From Candidatus Falkowbacteria bacterium RIFOXYC2_FULL_36_12 (GTDB lineage Bacteria > Patescibacteriota > Patescibacteriia > UBA11705), in NCBI GenBank assembly GCA_001778235.1, contig MFGJ01000007.1, forward strand, positions 77,085 to 141,084: a stretch of 64,000 bases of DNA, read 5' to 3'. The notes under the pieces were generated by a model. It saw only the letters and a program-made list of their open reading frames with translations, was not told where the DNA came from and did no database searches. Shown here in pieces: positions 1 through 9,210 of the stretch. The first letter of the stretch is position 1. Each line of letters opens with the position of its first letter. Both the position numbers and the translations under genes were made by a program.

Positions 1-159
1 TCTATCTTTGGCACAATTGGGAAAAACTCAATGAAAAAAAATGGCTTTTTTTGTCAGTGGACATAATATTCATTGTTCTTCTAATAGACATCATTGATTT
101 CTTGACTGAAAAAATTATTTCTCTAAACCTCATTTTTATTTAATGCGGTTTTTTCTTTC

Positions 160-2088
160 TCATTTTACACTTGGAGGAATCTCATAGTAATCTAAAATAA
201 ATTTAGCTATTTTGCCGAAAATTGGGGTGGTTGAGGAGTCAGCAAATCGGGCAGTCTTAACATGGTCTAATTTTACCAACATTACAAAAGCTGGATCATC
301 ATAAGGCGCATATCCGACAAAAGTGTGTATTGTTTCATTACCGTACCCACCTTTTTCTGGGTCAGGGACTTCAGCTGTCCCAGTTTTTCCCGCAACAAGA
401 TAACCGGGGATTTTGGCTGATGAAGAGTGACCATTTTCTACAACCGACACCAACATACTGCCAAGGAGTTTTGAAGTTTGTTCTGAAATTACTTGCTTGA
501 TAAATTGGGGGCTAGTAATTTTTTCTGTGCCGTCAGGATTGATAATTTTATCCACGACATAGGGTTTCATAAATTTTCCTTTGTTGGCAATGGTTGAATA
601 TGCTTGAATCATTTGAAGTGGGGTAACTGTAATACCCTGCCCGAAAGAAGCTGTAGATAAATATAAATCATGTTTCTTATCCAAACTGGAAATATCGCCA
701 GTTGCTTCAGGTGAAATATCAATGTCAGTAATCTTACCAAAACCAAAATCTTTGACATACTGTGTAAATAAATCTATGCCAACCAACCTAGAAGCAAATA
801 TTGTTCCAGTATTCAAGGATTCTTCTAATACCTGTGTCATAGTTTTCCAGCCATGAGCCTTTGAATCTGAATTGCGAATATCATAACCTGCAATATGAAC
901 CACCCCGGTATCTTCATAACCTGTAAATGGAGTTACCTTACCGGTATCAAGAGCAGCGGCCATGGTTACGGGTTTAAATACAGAACCTGGTTCATAACTG
1001 GCGAGCAAGGCTGAATTATTAAAAACACTGATATCCTCAACTTTATTATATTCATTTGGGTCAAAATCAGGATAAGAACACATGGCAATAATCGCGCCAG
1101 TTTTGGGATTCATAACAATAATTTGCCCAGAATCAGCAACAAAATTTTCAATTCCAAAATACAATTGCTGACAAGTATAATATTGAATTGCTTTATCAAT
1201 AGTCAAGATAATACTAGAACCATTGCTGACGCTCTCGGATTCAGTATCGGCGAGAGCCAACAGACGACCAGTAGCATCTGATTCCGAACGGATAAAGCCT
1301 GAATGACCTGCAAGGATTTTGTCGTAATTACCTTCGATGCCATAATATCCTTTCAGCAAATTACTTTCTTCTGAATGGCCAACAAAACCCAGGAGCTGGC
1401 TACCCATGAATTTATCAGGATAATATCTGGCCGGTTCTTTTACCCAACGAATTCCTTCTAAATTATAACTCTGCAAGGTTGAAATCTGATCTTCGGTAAT
1501 TCGCCTTTTGACTGGCTCGTATGGATCATCTTTTTTACTAAGCCTCTCTAGCATTTTATATTTAAATAAATCAGTTGCTTCTTGCTCTGCCTGTTCGGTC
1601 AATCGCTTTTTCTCTTTGTCCAAAGCCTCAACAGTAAGCTCTTCAGACAAGGGAGCACTAACAGTCTCGATGGTTTTTTTTATATCATCAGAAAAATCAA
1701 TATTTTCAAATAATACCGTCATAACTGCTTCGGGATCTTCAATTTCTTTTGGCACGGCATAAACAAAATATAACTCCCGGTTGGTGGCAACGGGATATAA
1801 ATCATAACCGCCATTTATATTTTTTTCTTGGACAAAAATCTCACCTCGTTCAGGATATAAATTTTGGATTAATTCATGTTGATCACTGGCCAAAGCATAG
1901 TAGTAATCCCCTTCTATTATCTGTAATCGAATAAGCCTAAAAAATATTGCGCCAGCAATAATAATAAAAAAGAAACTCAAAACTTTTATTCGACGGTTGG
2001 AATGTTTCTCAATATCATTTTTTTTACCGCCAAGATAACTTGATGGCCTAATGGTGCGAACTTTAGTTTTTTTTACAAGCAAGGACAT
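160..2088 (-). CDS. ftsI: Class B penicillin-binding protein (FtsI/PBP2 family transpeptidase)
   Basis: N-terminal TM, PBP dimerisation region (PERGEIF, RYYP), SxxK (EPGSVFKP), SxN (ESLN) and KTGT motifs. Confidence 0.85.
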   Translation of the reverse strand: MSLLVKKTKVRTIRPSSYLGGKKNDIEKHSNRRIKVLSFFFIIIAGAIFFRLIRLQIIEGDYYYALASDQHELIQNLYPERGEIFVQEKNINGGYDLYPVATNRELYFVYAVPKEIEDPEAVMTVLFENIDFSDDIKKTIETVSAPLSEELTVEALDKEKKRLTEQAEQEATDLFKYKMLERLSKKDDPYEPVKRRITEDQISTLQSYNLEGIRWVKEPARYYPDKFMGSQLLGFVGHSEESNLLKGYYGIEGNYDKILAGHSGFIRSESDATGRLLALADTESESVSNGSSIILTIDKAIQYYTCQQLYFGIENFVADSGQIIVMNPKTGAIIAMCSYPDFDPNEYNKVEDISVFNNSALLASYEPGSVFKPVTMAAALDTGKVTPFTGYEDTGVVHIAGYDIRNSDSKAHGWKTMTQVLEESLNTGTIFASRLVGIDLFTQYVKDFGFGKITDIDISPEATGDISSLDKKHDLYLSTASFGQGITVTPLQMIQAYSTIANKGKFMKPYVVDKIINPDGTEKITSPQFIKQVISEQTSKLLGSMLVSVVENGHSSSAKIPGYLVAGKTGTAEVPDPEKGGYGNETIHTFVGYAPYDDPAFVMLVKLDHVKTARFADSSTTPIFGKIAKFILDYYEIPPSVK

Positions 2089-2180
2089 GAATGAATATTT
2101 ATAAGATTAAATAAATAAAACTTGCCTCAAAATACTCGAGGTTTCTCTACATATTATAGCAAAAAATTTCCATAAAACAA

Positions 2181-2202
2181 AAAAGCCCAATAAAGGGCTT
2201 TT
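2181..2202. terminator. Intrinsic terminator hairpin
   Basis: AAAAGCCC-aataaa-GGGCTTTT just after the stop of the SPFH gene. Confidence 0.7.
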
Positions 2203-2220
2203 CTAGATGTATTAATAGGT

Positions 2221-2970
2221 TTACATATTATGGCCTTCTTTACCTACGCGTTCTAACGCTCTAAGAACTTCTAGAGGAATAGCGAGAACTACAGTATTTG
2301 ACTGATCTGAACTAAGGTCATTTAATGTTTGTAAAGTTCGTAAATGTAATGCTCCTGGAGCACCTGATAAAATTGTAGCTGCTTTTGCCATATTTTCAGC
2401 TGAAAGAACTTCACCTTCAGCTTTGATAATAACTGCTCTTTTTTCTCGTTCAGCTTCAGCCTGTTTAGCAATTGTTCTTTCCATATCTTCAGGAAGAGAA
2501 ACATCTTTCAATTCCACATTTTCTACTTTTATTCCCCATGGATCTGAAGCCTTATCAATAACACTTCTAATCCTCTCGGAGATATTTTCTCGCTCACTCA
2601 AAAGTTGATCTAATTCAACTTCGCCAACTAGATTTCTCATTGTGGTTTGCGCCAATTGACTCATAGCAAAAAAGAAATTTTCCACCTCAAGCACAGCTTT
2701 TTCAGCCAAAGCAATTTTATAATAAATAACAGCATTAACTGTAACTGAAATATTGTCCTTGGTAATAGCCTTTTGATCAGGGACATCAACGGCCTTTGTA
2801 CGGAGGTCAATCTTGCGCATTTGTTGAAAAACAGGAACAACTAATCTCCAACCTGGTTTTTTGGTACCAGAAAATTTACCCATAGTAAACATTACACCTC
2901 TTTCATATTCATTAATTTGACGAAGACTAATTAACAACAGAAAGAGAATGAACCCAAGAAAATAGTACAT
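2221..2970 (-). CDS. SPFH/Band 7 (stomatin/slipin-like) membrane protein
   Basis: N-terminal TM; DLRT..DVP.Q..ITKDN, AQTTMRN, WGIKVENVELKDV, QAEAEREKRA motifs. Confidence 0.92.
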   Translation of the reverse strand: MYYFLGFILFLLLISLRQINEYERGVMFTMGKFSGTKKPGWRLVVPVFQQMRKIDLRTKAVDVPDQKAITKDNISVTVNAVIYYKIALAEKAVLEVENFFFAMSQLAQTTMRNLVGEVELDQLLSERENISERIRSVIDKASDPWGIKVENVELKDVSLPEDMERTIAKQAEAEREKRAVIIKAEGEVLSAENMAKAATILSGAPGALHLRTLQTLNDLSSDQSNTVVLAIPLEVLRALERVGKEGHNM

Positions 2971-2991
2971 AGATATATAAATTATTTATAA

Positions 2992-4029
2992 TTATTGATT
3001 ATCAAGTTGCCCGCCATATTGATTAATCATTTCATTTAATTTTTGTAGGTCCTGCTCACTCATATTGTCAAAGTCATCAAGATTAACCTCTGGGGCTGTG
3101 GGATTGTTTAGATCTGGCATCTGTAGAATTTCAGCCAAGTCAAATGGTTTGGCAGTAGCTGGGACATCAATATCAACTTTTTTATTGTATTTGGAAAAAT
3201 TTAGAGCTGCATCAACGCGAGAGATACTGGAATCTGGGTCATCAATATTTGTTCCCAGTTCAACTCGATATAACAGCTTGTCATCCACACCAATCCATAC
3301 TTCTGGTTCAAACTTTTCCCATTTTGTCAGAGAAGCCTCTAGATCAGCTTCTTCATCTGTAGTTAATTGTTCATTGTCGACAATTTTATTCAATTTTATC
3401 AGAAATTGTTTAATTTCAGACTTGTTCAATTTCAGACGGAAATGATATGTGTTGATATTATTTAAATCTGTCTGACCTAAATCTTCAACAATCTGGAAAA
3501 ACTGTGTTTTTGAGACCAATGACTTTATTTTCCTCAAATCAGCTGAACTCAATTCTGTCCCTTGCTCATCAACTGGGGCTTCAGACCCTAGAGAATTTAA
3601 ATCAAATTTATACCAATCGTCGCCAAGCGCTGAAGCATCAGTGCCAGTTACTTGTGGCATGGAATTCACTTTTATATATGTTTCTTGACTGCTTAAAACC
3701 ATTGAGAAATCTAAATTTTGGTCTGAATTGTTATCGCCTTGTCCCAGCACAATATTGATGAGTTGCAAATATTTATCTGGATCAGACATATCAACATCAC
3801 CGGAAATTTTTATTTTGGTGTTGTCGTTATTTGAGGCTGTTTGAGGATTTACCACAACGGCTAATCCTGGAATTGTCCCGAGAAGACCAATTGAAGCATC
3901 ATAGTGATAAGAACTGGTTTTGACCATGTTTTTTATCATTGATTTCATGACTGATTCTGGCGACTGGGTACAACCAGACAAACCAAGAAGAAGAAATGGC
4001 AGAATTATTAATAGATATAATTTTTTCAT
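2992..4029 (-). CDS. Putative lipoprotein (LolA/LppX-like beta fold)
   Basis: Lipobox LSGC after a hydrophobic signal; beta-rich body with WYKFD and FSKYNKKVDIDVP segments. Confidence 0.55.
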   Translation of the reverse strand: MKKLYLLIILPFLLLGLSGCTQSPESVMKSMIKNMVKTSSYHYDASIGLLGTIPGLAVVVNPQTASNNDNTKIKISGDVDMSDPDKYLQLINIVLGQGDNNSDQNLDFSMVLSSQETYIKVNSMPQVTGTDASALGDDWYKFDLNSLGSEAPVDEQGTELSSADLRKIKSLVSKTQFFQIVEDLGQTDLNNINTYHFRLKLNKSEIKQFLIKLNKIVDNEQLTTDEEADLEASLTKWEKFEPEVWIGVDDKLLYRVELGTNIDDPDSSISRVDAALNFSKYNKKVDIDVPATAKPFDLAEILQMPDLNNPTAPEVNLDDFDNMSEQDLQKLNEMINQYGGQLDNQ

Positions 4030-4107
4030 AGTTTATAACTGATAATTTAGCTAATAAATATTCTTTATTTAATATAACATGCAAAAAAACCAATGTAAAC
4101 CTAAAAC

Positions 4108-4162
4108 TTGACATTTTCTGACTTATATTATAAGATATAGATTACCCGTGACAGCAAGGAGG
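4108..4162 (+). promoter_or_regulatory. Sigma70 promoter and strong SD of the orphan at 4167
   Basis: TTGACA(4108)-17 nt-TAAGAT(4131); AAGGAGG at 4156-4162 with ATG at 4167. Confidence 0.7.
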
Positions 4163-4166
4163 GACA

Positions 4167-4418
4167 ATGTCAAGGGGAAATGGTAAAAGATTACCTCTGA
4201 CTCTAGTTATTTCCAGGACTGAAACAGGAGTGAATGTTCGCCTGAAAAATGCACCTGAAATTTTTGAGGTTTCAACCATTTCTGTCGCCGATGCTGTGGG
4301 AAAACTGCTTATGGGTCACCCTGATCTGTTTGGAGTGTTATGTGGTTTTAGCCATGACCCAATGACTCAAGGCTTTCTAGCCAACCCAATGAATTCTCTC
4401 AAATACACTGTTGATTGA
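4167..4418 (+). CDS. Hypothetical protein, 83 aa (SD-led orphan)
   Basis: ORF with its own promoter and AAGGAGG SD; hairpin plus T-run downstream. Confidence 0.7.
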   Translation: MSRGNGKRLPLTLVISRTETGVNVRLKNAPEIFEVSTISVADAVGKLLMGHPDLFGVLCGFSHDPMTQGFLANPMNSLKYTVD

Positions 4419-4485
4419 ATAATGAGCGTATAAATCTGCGCTTATTTTTTTTATTAAAAAAGAACACATGATATGCGTTCTTTAA

Positions 4486-5676
4486 CTAGCCTTTCAAGGT
4501 AGCACAGCCAAGGGCGATAACAAAGGCTGAACTATTTCCACCATGTAGAGTAAAATCTTCTGGTTTGGTATCGGTTTCAGACATTTTTATTTGCCATTGC
4601 TTGAATGGATCAAATTCTGTAAAAACAATTCTTTCTCGAACAGGCTGAACAGAGTCTTTAGATGGATGTGCTAATTTTTCTGCATCATCCAAGCGACTAT
4701 AGCCTTTAAACAATCTATGACTTCTTTCTACGGCAGAGTCAAATTCAGTCTGAAAATCATTTAGACTCATACCTGTGAAGGATAGACAGGCTCTTTTAAC
4801 ATTAACGCCCTTAAACTCTCTTGCAAAAGCAAAGCATTTATCAAGCTCCACATAAAAATTGAACTGCCCTTTGTCATCGATTACGAAGTTCCGAGAAAAA
4901 AGGACATCGCCACTATAATAAACATGAAATGAGCAAACACGCCTACCAACATGAATCAAGGCAGTTGTGAGATCAAAATAGTTCAACTTTGCGTCAGGAT
5001 CTGACAATAATTGAGCATAGGCTTCAACTGGTGCGGTAACAATAACCGGTTCCAGACCAGCCAGTCTCATAACCTCCAAATACCCCTGATACAAATCCTT
5101 TTTTACAGCAACAATCATGACTCTTTCTCTGCCATCAAATATTTTCATCTTGCGCCAACCATAGACAAAGGTCTGTTCAGGGAAAGGAAGAATGCTGTCA
5201 ATGTCGCGAACAATATTTTTTCTCAACTGTTCATCATCATAAACTTCATATTCCAAAAATTTCACCATTACAGCAAATCCTGGCAAAGCAATGGCAACAC
5301 GATTATTTCTTAAGCCAATTCTTTCTTTTAGTTTTTGCAAGGCATTGGCGACTGTACGAATGGCTGATTCATCTCGCAGATAGACCAGATTTTCATCTGC
5401 ATAATGAGGCAAATCACAGCTTCCAATCTGATCGACCACATAACCATCATCATCATCCTTTAGCGCTACAATACTAATACCTTCGGGTGACATGGCTACA
5501 CCGGTTAAAGGTGCCTCTACAGAGGAAGGAACCGAGGCTTGGCGTAAAAAGTTCATGACATCTGTCAATCCAGGTAGATTAAAAGTTCTTTCAGCAGTTC
5601 GTGTTTTGACTGTCAACTTTACTTGATAAATCATCTGATCAGCTATTTGTTGTTCTCGATATAAATTGATAACCAT
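4486..5676 (-). CDS. Divergent PilM-like actin-fold protein (SD-led)
   Basis: VAIALPGFAVMVK, ILPFP, VMIVAVKKD, LAGLEP, ALIHVG and FVIALGCA align with PilM; start moved to ATG 5676 behind GGGAGGAGG; promoter TTGAAT-17-TATACT at 5750-5722. Confidence 0.7.
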   Translation of the reverse strand: MVINLYREQQIADQMIYQVKLTVKTRTAERTFNLPGLTDVMNFLRQASVPSSVEAPLTGVAMSPEGISIVALKDDDDGYVVDQIGSCDLPHYADENLVYLRDESAIRTVANALQKLKERIGLRNNRVAIALPGFAVMVKFLEYEVYDDEQLRKNIVRDIDSILPFPEQTFVYGWRKMKIFDGRERVMIVAVKKDLYQGYLEVMRLAGLEPVIVTAPVEAYAQLLSDPDAKLNYFDLTTALIHVGRRVCSFHVYYSGDVLFSRNFVIDDKGQFNFYVELDKCFAFAREFKGVNVKRACLSFTGMSLNDFQTEFDSAVERSHRLFKGYSRLDDAEKLAHPSKDSVQPVRERIVFTEFDPFKQWQIKMSETDTKPEDFTLHGGNSSAFVIALGCATLKG

Positions 5677-5826
5677 TGGCGCCTCCTCCCGTGGGCAGGG
5701 TTGTAAAGAACCAGAAAAAACAGTATACACTAAAATTCAATTTTATTCAAGTGGCCATTTATTATAAGCAATTGACAAATCTTATACTTAATGCTAGATT
5801 ATATTATTAGGAAACGGGGGGGAAAG

Positions 5827-6081
5827 ATGAGCAAATCCAAAATGCTTTTTAGCCAGTCATTGCTGGCTTTAACCCTGATGTACTTTTTCTCTAAAGAAAT
5901 TATCCCAGCTTGGTTGATTAATAATATACTTTGGCACCAAATGGTGAATTTGTTGTCAGGGAATACAATCAATGCCTTTGTTTGGTTCCCAATTTCCCTT
6001 GCATTAAGTTTGACATGTTCACTGGTAATTTTCAAGCTGACACTACCTAATCTGCCAACGGCAAAGGAGAACAAGAAATGA
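5827..6081 (+). CDS. Small membrane protein, 84 aa (SD-led orphan)
   Basis: Two hydrophobic segments; TTGACA(5772)-17-TAGATT promoter and a G7 run before ATG 5827. Confidence 0.6.
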   Translation: MSKSKMLFSQSLLALTLMYFFSKEIIPAWLINNILWHQMVNLLSGNTINAFVWFPISLALSLTCSLVIFKLTLPNLPTAKENKK

Positions 6082-6365
6082 CAAAACATGGACAAAATCT
6101 GATGCATAATCTGAAGATTTTTTTAAAGTCTTTTTTACTAAATTATCTGTTGATTCTAGTGAGCATAGCTATGATGATTTTCACTGTATGGATTTGTAGT
6201 GTAGCCTTTCTACTGATTTATGCAATCAGTATTGGACTTACCTATTTTCTGGGTTTGCAGATTAATGCTTTGCTTCTTGGGGTGATTGATTACCTACTGA
6301 TTGGTTTTATAATTACTGTCGCCTACATAACCAAACATGGTATTTATAATTCTAGAAGATTCTAA
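6078..6365 (+). CDS. Small membrane protein, 95 aa (SD-led orphan)
   Basis: Long hydrophobic stretches; AAGGAG SD; ATGA overlap with the previous ORF. Confidence 0.6.
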   Translation: MTKHGQNLMHNLKIFLKSFLLNYLLILVSIAMMIFTVWICSVAFLLIYAISIGLTYFLGLQINALLLGVIDYLLIGFIITVAYITKHGIYNSRRF

Positions 6366-6447
6366 AAACTAAAACAGACTAAATTGTCTGTTGTTTTTTT
6401 TAATGCTATATTATAATAAACAATCTAATAATAAATATATACTTGCT

Positions 6448-6678
6448 ATGTTTAAATTTATTATCATCGGACTGGTCATGGTGACTCTGATCATCATAGC
6501 GTGGTCACCTTGGATGTCGCAGGATGAAAGCTCGGCTATAATTTATCAAACTGCGGCGATAACCAAAGATGGTGAACGATGCACAGAACAACAGTGGACT
6601 GCAACCTGGGCGCCATTTGGCCGTATGGTCCGCCATTGCGACCGCAGTTGGTATGTCGGCTTCTGGGAGGCATTATAA
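6448..6678 (+). CDS. Small exported protein, 76 aa
   Basis: Signal/TM helix then WSPWM...APFGR...WYVGFW with two Cys; start set at ATG 6448. Confidence 0.65.
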   Translation: MFKFIIIGLVMVTLIIIAWSPWMSQDESSAIIYQTAAITKDGERCTEQQWTATWAPFGRMVRHCDRSWYVGFWEAL

Positions 6679-6701
6679 AACACTAATCAATCTGTTTTGG
6701 A

Positions 6702-6759
6702 CAGGCTTTAATCAGCAGAATCGCAGAAAAACTGCGTGGCTGTAATTGGCCTGTTTTTT
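6702..6759 (+). terminator. Long interrupted hairpin with U-tract
   Basis: Nested pairings ACAGGC/GCCTGT, CAGC/GCTG, CGCAG/CTGCG followed by a T-run. Confidence 0.5.
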
Positions 6760-6809
6760 TATAATTATTAATTTTTCATAAATTATAGCTAAATACCGCA
6801 ATTAAATTT

Positions 6810-6883
6810 AAAAACCGCGAACCCGTTGCCTGGCAACGGGTTCGCGGAATATAACTTCACAATTGCGGGTTCGCGGTTTTTTT
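6810..6883. repeat. GC-rich palindromic (REP-like) element with a third arm
   Basis: CCGCGAACCCGTTGCC-T-GGCAACGGGTTCGCGG (6815-6847, perfect 16-bp arms) and an extra CGGGTTCGCGG at 6866-6876. Confidence 0.8.
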
Positions 6884-6903
6884 CTGCTATTTTGACTTCA
6901 AAG

Positions 6904-8034
6904 TTAAATTGATTTTCTAATTTTCTTCATTAAATCCAGGTAAAATTCTAGATTGTTTAGAGTTGCTAAACGAATTGACAGGGGTTCACCGAGGGAAAAC
7001 AAATGGCGCAGATAAGCCTTTGAATACTTTTTCAAAACAGGAAATCTTGAATCTATATTGATTGGAGAAAAGTCTTGACTCCATTTCTCGGCTTTAATAT
7101 TAATCTGTTTATAGCTTGACCTCGGAGTGTTGAAAATGTCAGGCTGTGGCGATCGGACTGTGGCATCGGACCACAAATACAGCCTTCCATGTCTGGCTTC
7201 TCTAGTTGGGATAACGCAGTCAAACATATCAACGCCTCTTTTGACTGCATTAATAATATTTTCTGGTCGACCAACCCCCATTAAGTATCTCGGTTTATCT
7301 TCTGGTAATTCAGCTGTAATATAATCAAGAGTTTTATACATTTCTTTTTCAGATTCACCAACTGAAAGACCACCAATTGCATAACCATCAAAACCAATGG
7401 TTTTCAAATCATGTACACTTTTTATTCTTAATTTTTTATCCAAACCACCCTGTACAATACCAAAAAGCTTGGCCTTGTCACCTTGAGGCTGTTGAAGCGT
7501 CTTTTTTTCAAAATAGTTCTTGCATCTCTCGGCCCATCTGGTTGTCAGTTCAACAGACTTTTCCAAATAGTCTTTTTTGGCTGGGAGTTCAACACATTCA
7601 TCGAGAGCCATTATGATGTCTGATCCAAGATCCAGTTGAATTTGGATTGAATCCTCTGGACGCATAAATCTTTTACTTCCATCAATATGTGAACGGAATT
7701 CAACACCATCTTCGGTAATTTTCCTAATTTTGTTTAGAGAGAAAACTTGGAAGCCACCGCTGTCAGTCAAAATCGGTTTAGACCAATTCATGAATTGATG
7801 AAGACCACCAGCTTTTTTTATCAATTTATTACCAGGTTTTAGCATTAGATGATAAGTATTGCTCAAGACAATCTTGGCTTCCAGTTGTTCCAAATCTTCA
7901 TAGGTTAGCGCTTTAACCGAAGCTTTGGTGGCAATTGGCATAAAAAACGGAGTCTCAATAATGCCTCGTCGAGTCTTCAGTTGACCGCGACGAGCTTTTG
8001 ATTTTTGGGATTGTTTTAAGAGTTTGAATGACAT
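6904..8034 (-). CDS. tgt: tRNA-guanine transglycosylase
   Basis: TPFFMPIAT, NTYHL, TDSGGFQVFSL, GIVQGG, GGLSVGE, RYLMGVG, GVDMFDCVIPTR; start set at MSFKLL. Confidence 0.95.
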   Translation of the reverse strand: MSFKLLKQSQKSKARRGQLKTRRGIIETPFFMPIATKASVKALTYEDLEQLEAKIVLSNTYHLMLKPGNKLIKKAGGLHQFMNWSKPILTDSGGFQVFSLNKIRKITEDGVEFRSHIDGSKRFMRPEDSIQIQLDLGSDIIMALDECVELPAKKDYLEKSVELTTRWAERCKNYFEKKTLQQPQGDKAKLFGIVQGGLDKKLRIKSVHDLKTIGFDGYAIGGLSVGESEKEMYKTLDYITAELPEDKPRYLMGVGRPENIINAVKRGVDMFDCVIPTREARHGRLYLWSDATVRSPQPDIFNTPRSSYKQINIKAEKWSQDFSPINIDSRFPVLKKYSKAYLRHLFSLGEPLSIRLATLNNLEFYLDLMKKIRKSI

Positions 8035-8036
8035 AA

Positions 8037-8609
8037 TCAAAAGATATTTTGTATGATATTTAAATTCCAACCCAATATTTTTTCAAGGTCATTCTTGTCA
8101 ATCTTAACATTAACCTTAGCAAATTTGTTCTCTAAATAATATTGCCCAGAAAAAAAATTATTTTCTATGTCTATAACAATACACCCAATATTTCTGAACA
8201 CATAATCAGAGTAGTTAGAATGCTTCCCAAAAGGTGTTCCGTCTGGCAAAATATGAATTATTCCGTCTAAAGCATACTTAATAATTTCAGGTGGCAATGG
8301 GTTTTTAATTCCATGTATTAACAAAATAGTTTTAGAATCTTTATATGAATTAAACTTTCTCATTGCCTTTCTTGACGAGTCGCCAATTTTTTTATCAATT
8401 TTTTTTATTGGATCTTTTTTATAAGTGGATATACACAGAGTTCGCCATTCCTTTAATTCAATTCTGACTTTTAATTCGTTATTTACCAAATCTGCACTTG
8501 AAATGTTTGCAAATTTTTTATCCAAGTCTCCGTCAACCCAATGAGGGTCAATCTTGAGCAGTTCTTTTAATAAATTTTCTTTATAGATTGTATCAGTTTG
8601 TATTTGCAT
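8037..8609 (-). CDS. Hypothetical protein, possible PD-(D/E)xK nuclease fold
   Basis: SADL-x8-IELK spacing; very AT-rich; directly downstream of a toxin-antitoxin pair. Confidence 0.4.
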   Translation of the reverse strand: MQIQTDTIYKENLLKELLKIDPHWVDGDLDKKFANISSADLVNNELKVRIELKEWRTLCISTYKKDPIKKIDKKIGDSSRKAMRKFNSYKDSKTILLIHGIKNPLPPEIIKYALDGIIHILPDGTPFGKHSNYSDYVFRNIGCIVIDIENNFFSGQYYLENKFAKVNVKIDKNDLEKILGWNLNIIQNIF

Positions 8610-8615
8610 ATACTT

Positions 8616-8882
8616 CTAATACAAATCTTTCCGCTGTTTAATTGTTAAAATAGTTAAAATCGTAATTTTATTGTTGGTGTTTTTGTGAAAAATGGCTCGA
8701 AAATCTCCGATACGAAAACGGAAAAGTCCTTTTAATGGGCCGGTCAAAGGCTTGGCATATTTCAAGGGAGATCTTTGATTAATAAAAAATTCAAGCTTGT
8801 TTAAAATCTGTATAACCTGTTTTTTGTCAAAACCAGCCAAGTCCTTTCGCGACTGCTGGGTATAAAATAGCTGAAAGCTCAT
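8616..8882 (-). CDS. Type II toxin, RelE/StbE/ParE family
   Basis: KPLTGPLKGLFRFRIGDFRAIF and C-terminal KQRKDLY typical of RelE. Confidence 0.88.
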   Translation of the reverse strand: MSFQLFYTQQSRKDLAGFDKKQVIQILNKLEFFINQRSPLKYAKPLTGPLKGLFRFRIGDFRAIFHKNTNNKITILTILTIKQRKDLY

Positions 8883-8883
8883 A

Positions 8884-9135
8884 CTATTTTAAACCAAAAA
8901 TGGTCTTGATATCTTGATGACTGTAAATCAGACCCTGTTTCATTTCTTCAAGTGCGTTCTTGACATCATAAACCAGTTTTTCCAGACTGGCGTCCTTATC
9001 ATCAAGCGGTCGTAATTCAAAAACCGGTTTGTTTTTATTTAAAATAATTAATCTTTGCTTGTCCTTTTTAGCTTTCTGATAAAGCTTAGCCATATTCTGT
9101 CTAAACTCTTTTACCCCAACAAACTTGGTAGTCAT
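8884..9135 (-). CDS. Type II antitoxin, Phd/YefM family
   Basis: VGVKEFRQNMAK...LIILNKNKPVFEL N-terminal domain; immediately upstream of the RelE gene. Confidence 0.82.
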   Translation of the reverse strand: MTTKFVGVKEFRQNMAKLYQKAKKDKQRLIILNKNKPVFELRPLDDKDASLEKLVYDVKNALEEMKQGLIYSHQDIKTIFGLK

Positions 9136-9210
9136 ATTTTAATAACTTATTACTTAAGGATAACTTCAGTGTACACTTGTATTGAGCAAAAGTCAACAAA
9201 TAAAAAAGTA

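Noticed and set aside
5799-6107. Minus-strand 102-aa ORF
   Set aside because: Overlaps plus-strand ORFs that have the promoter and SD support
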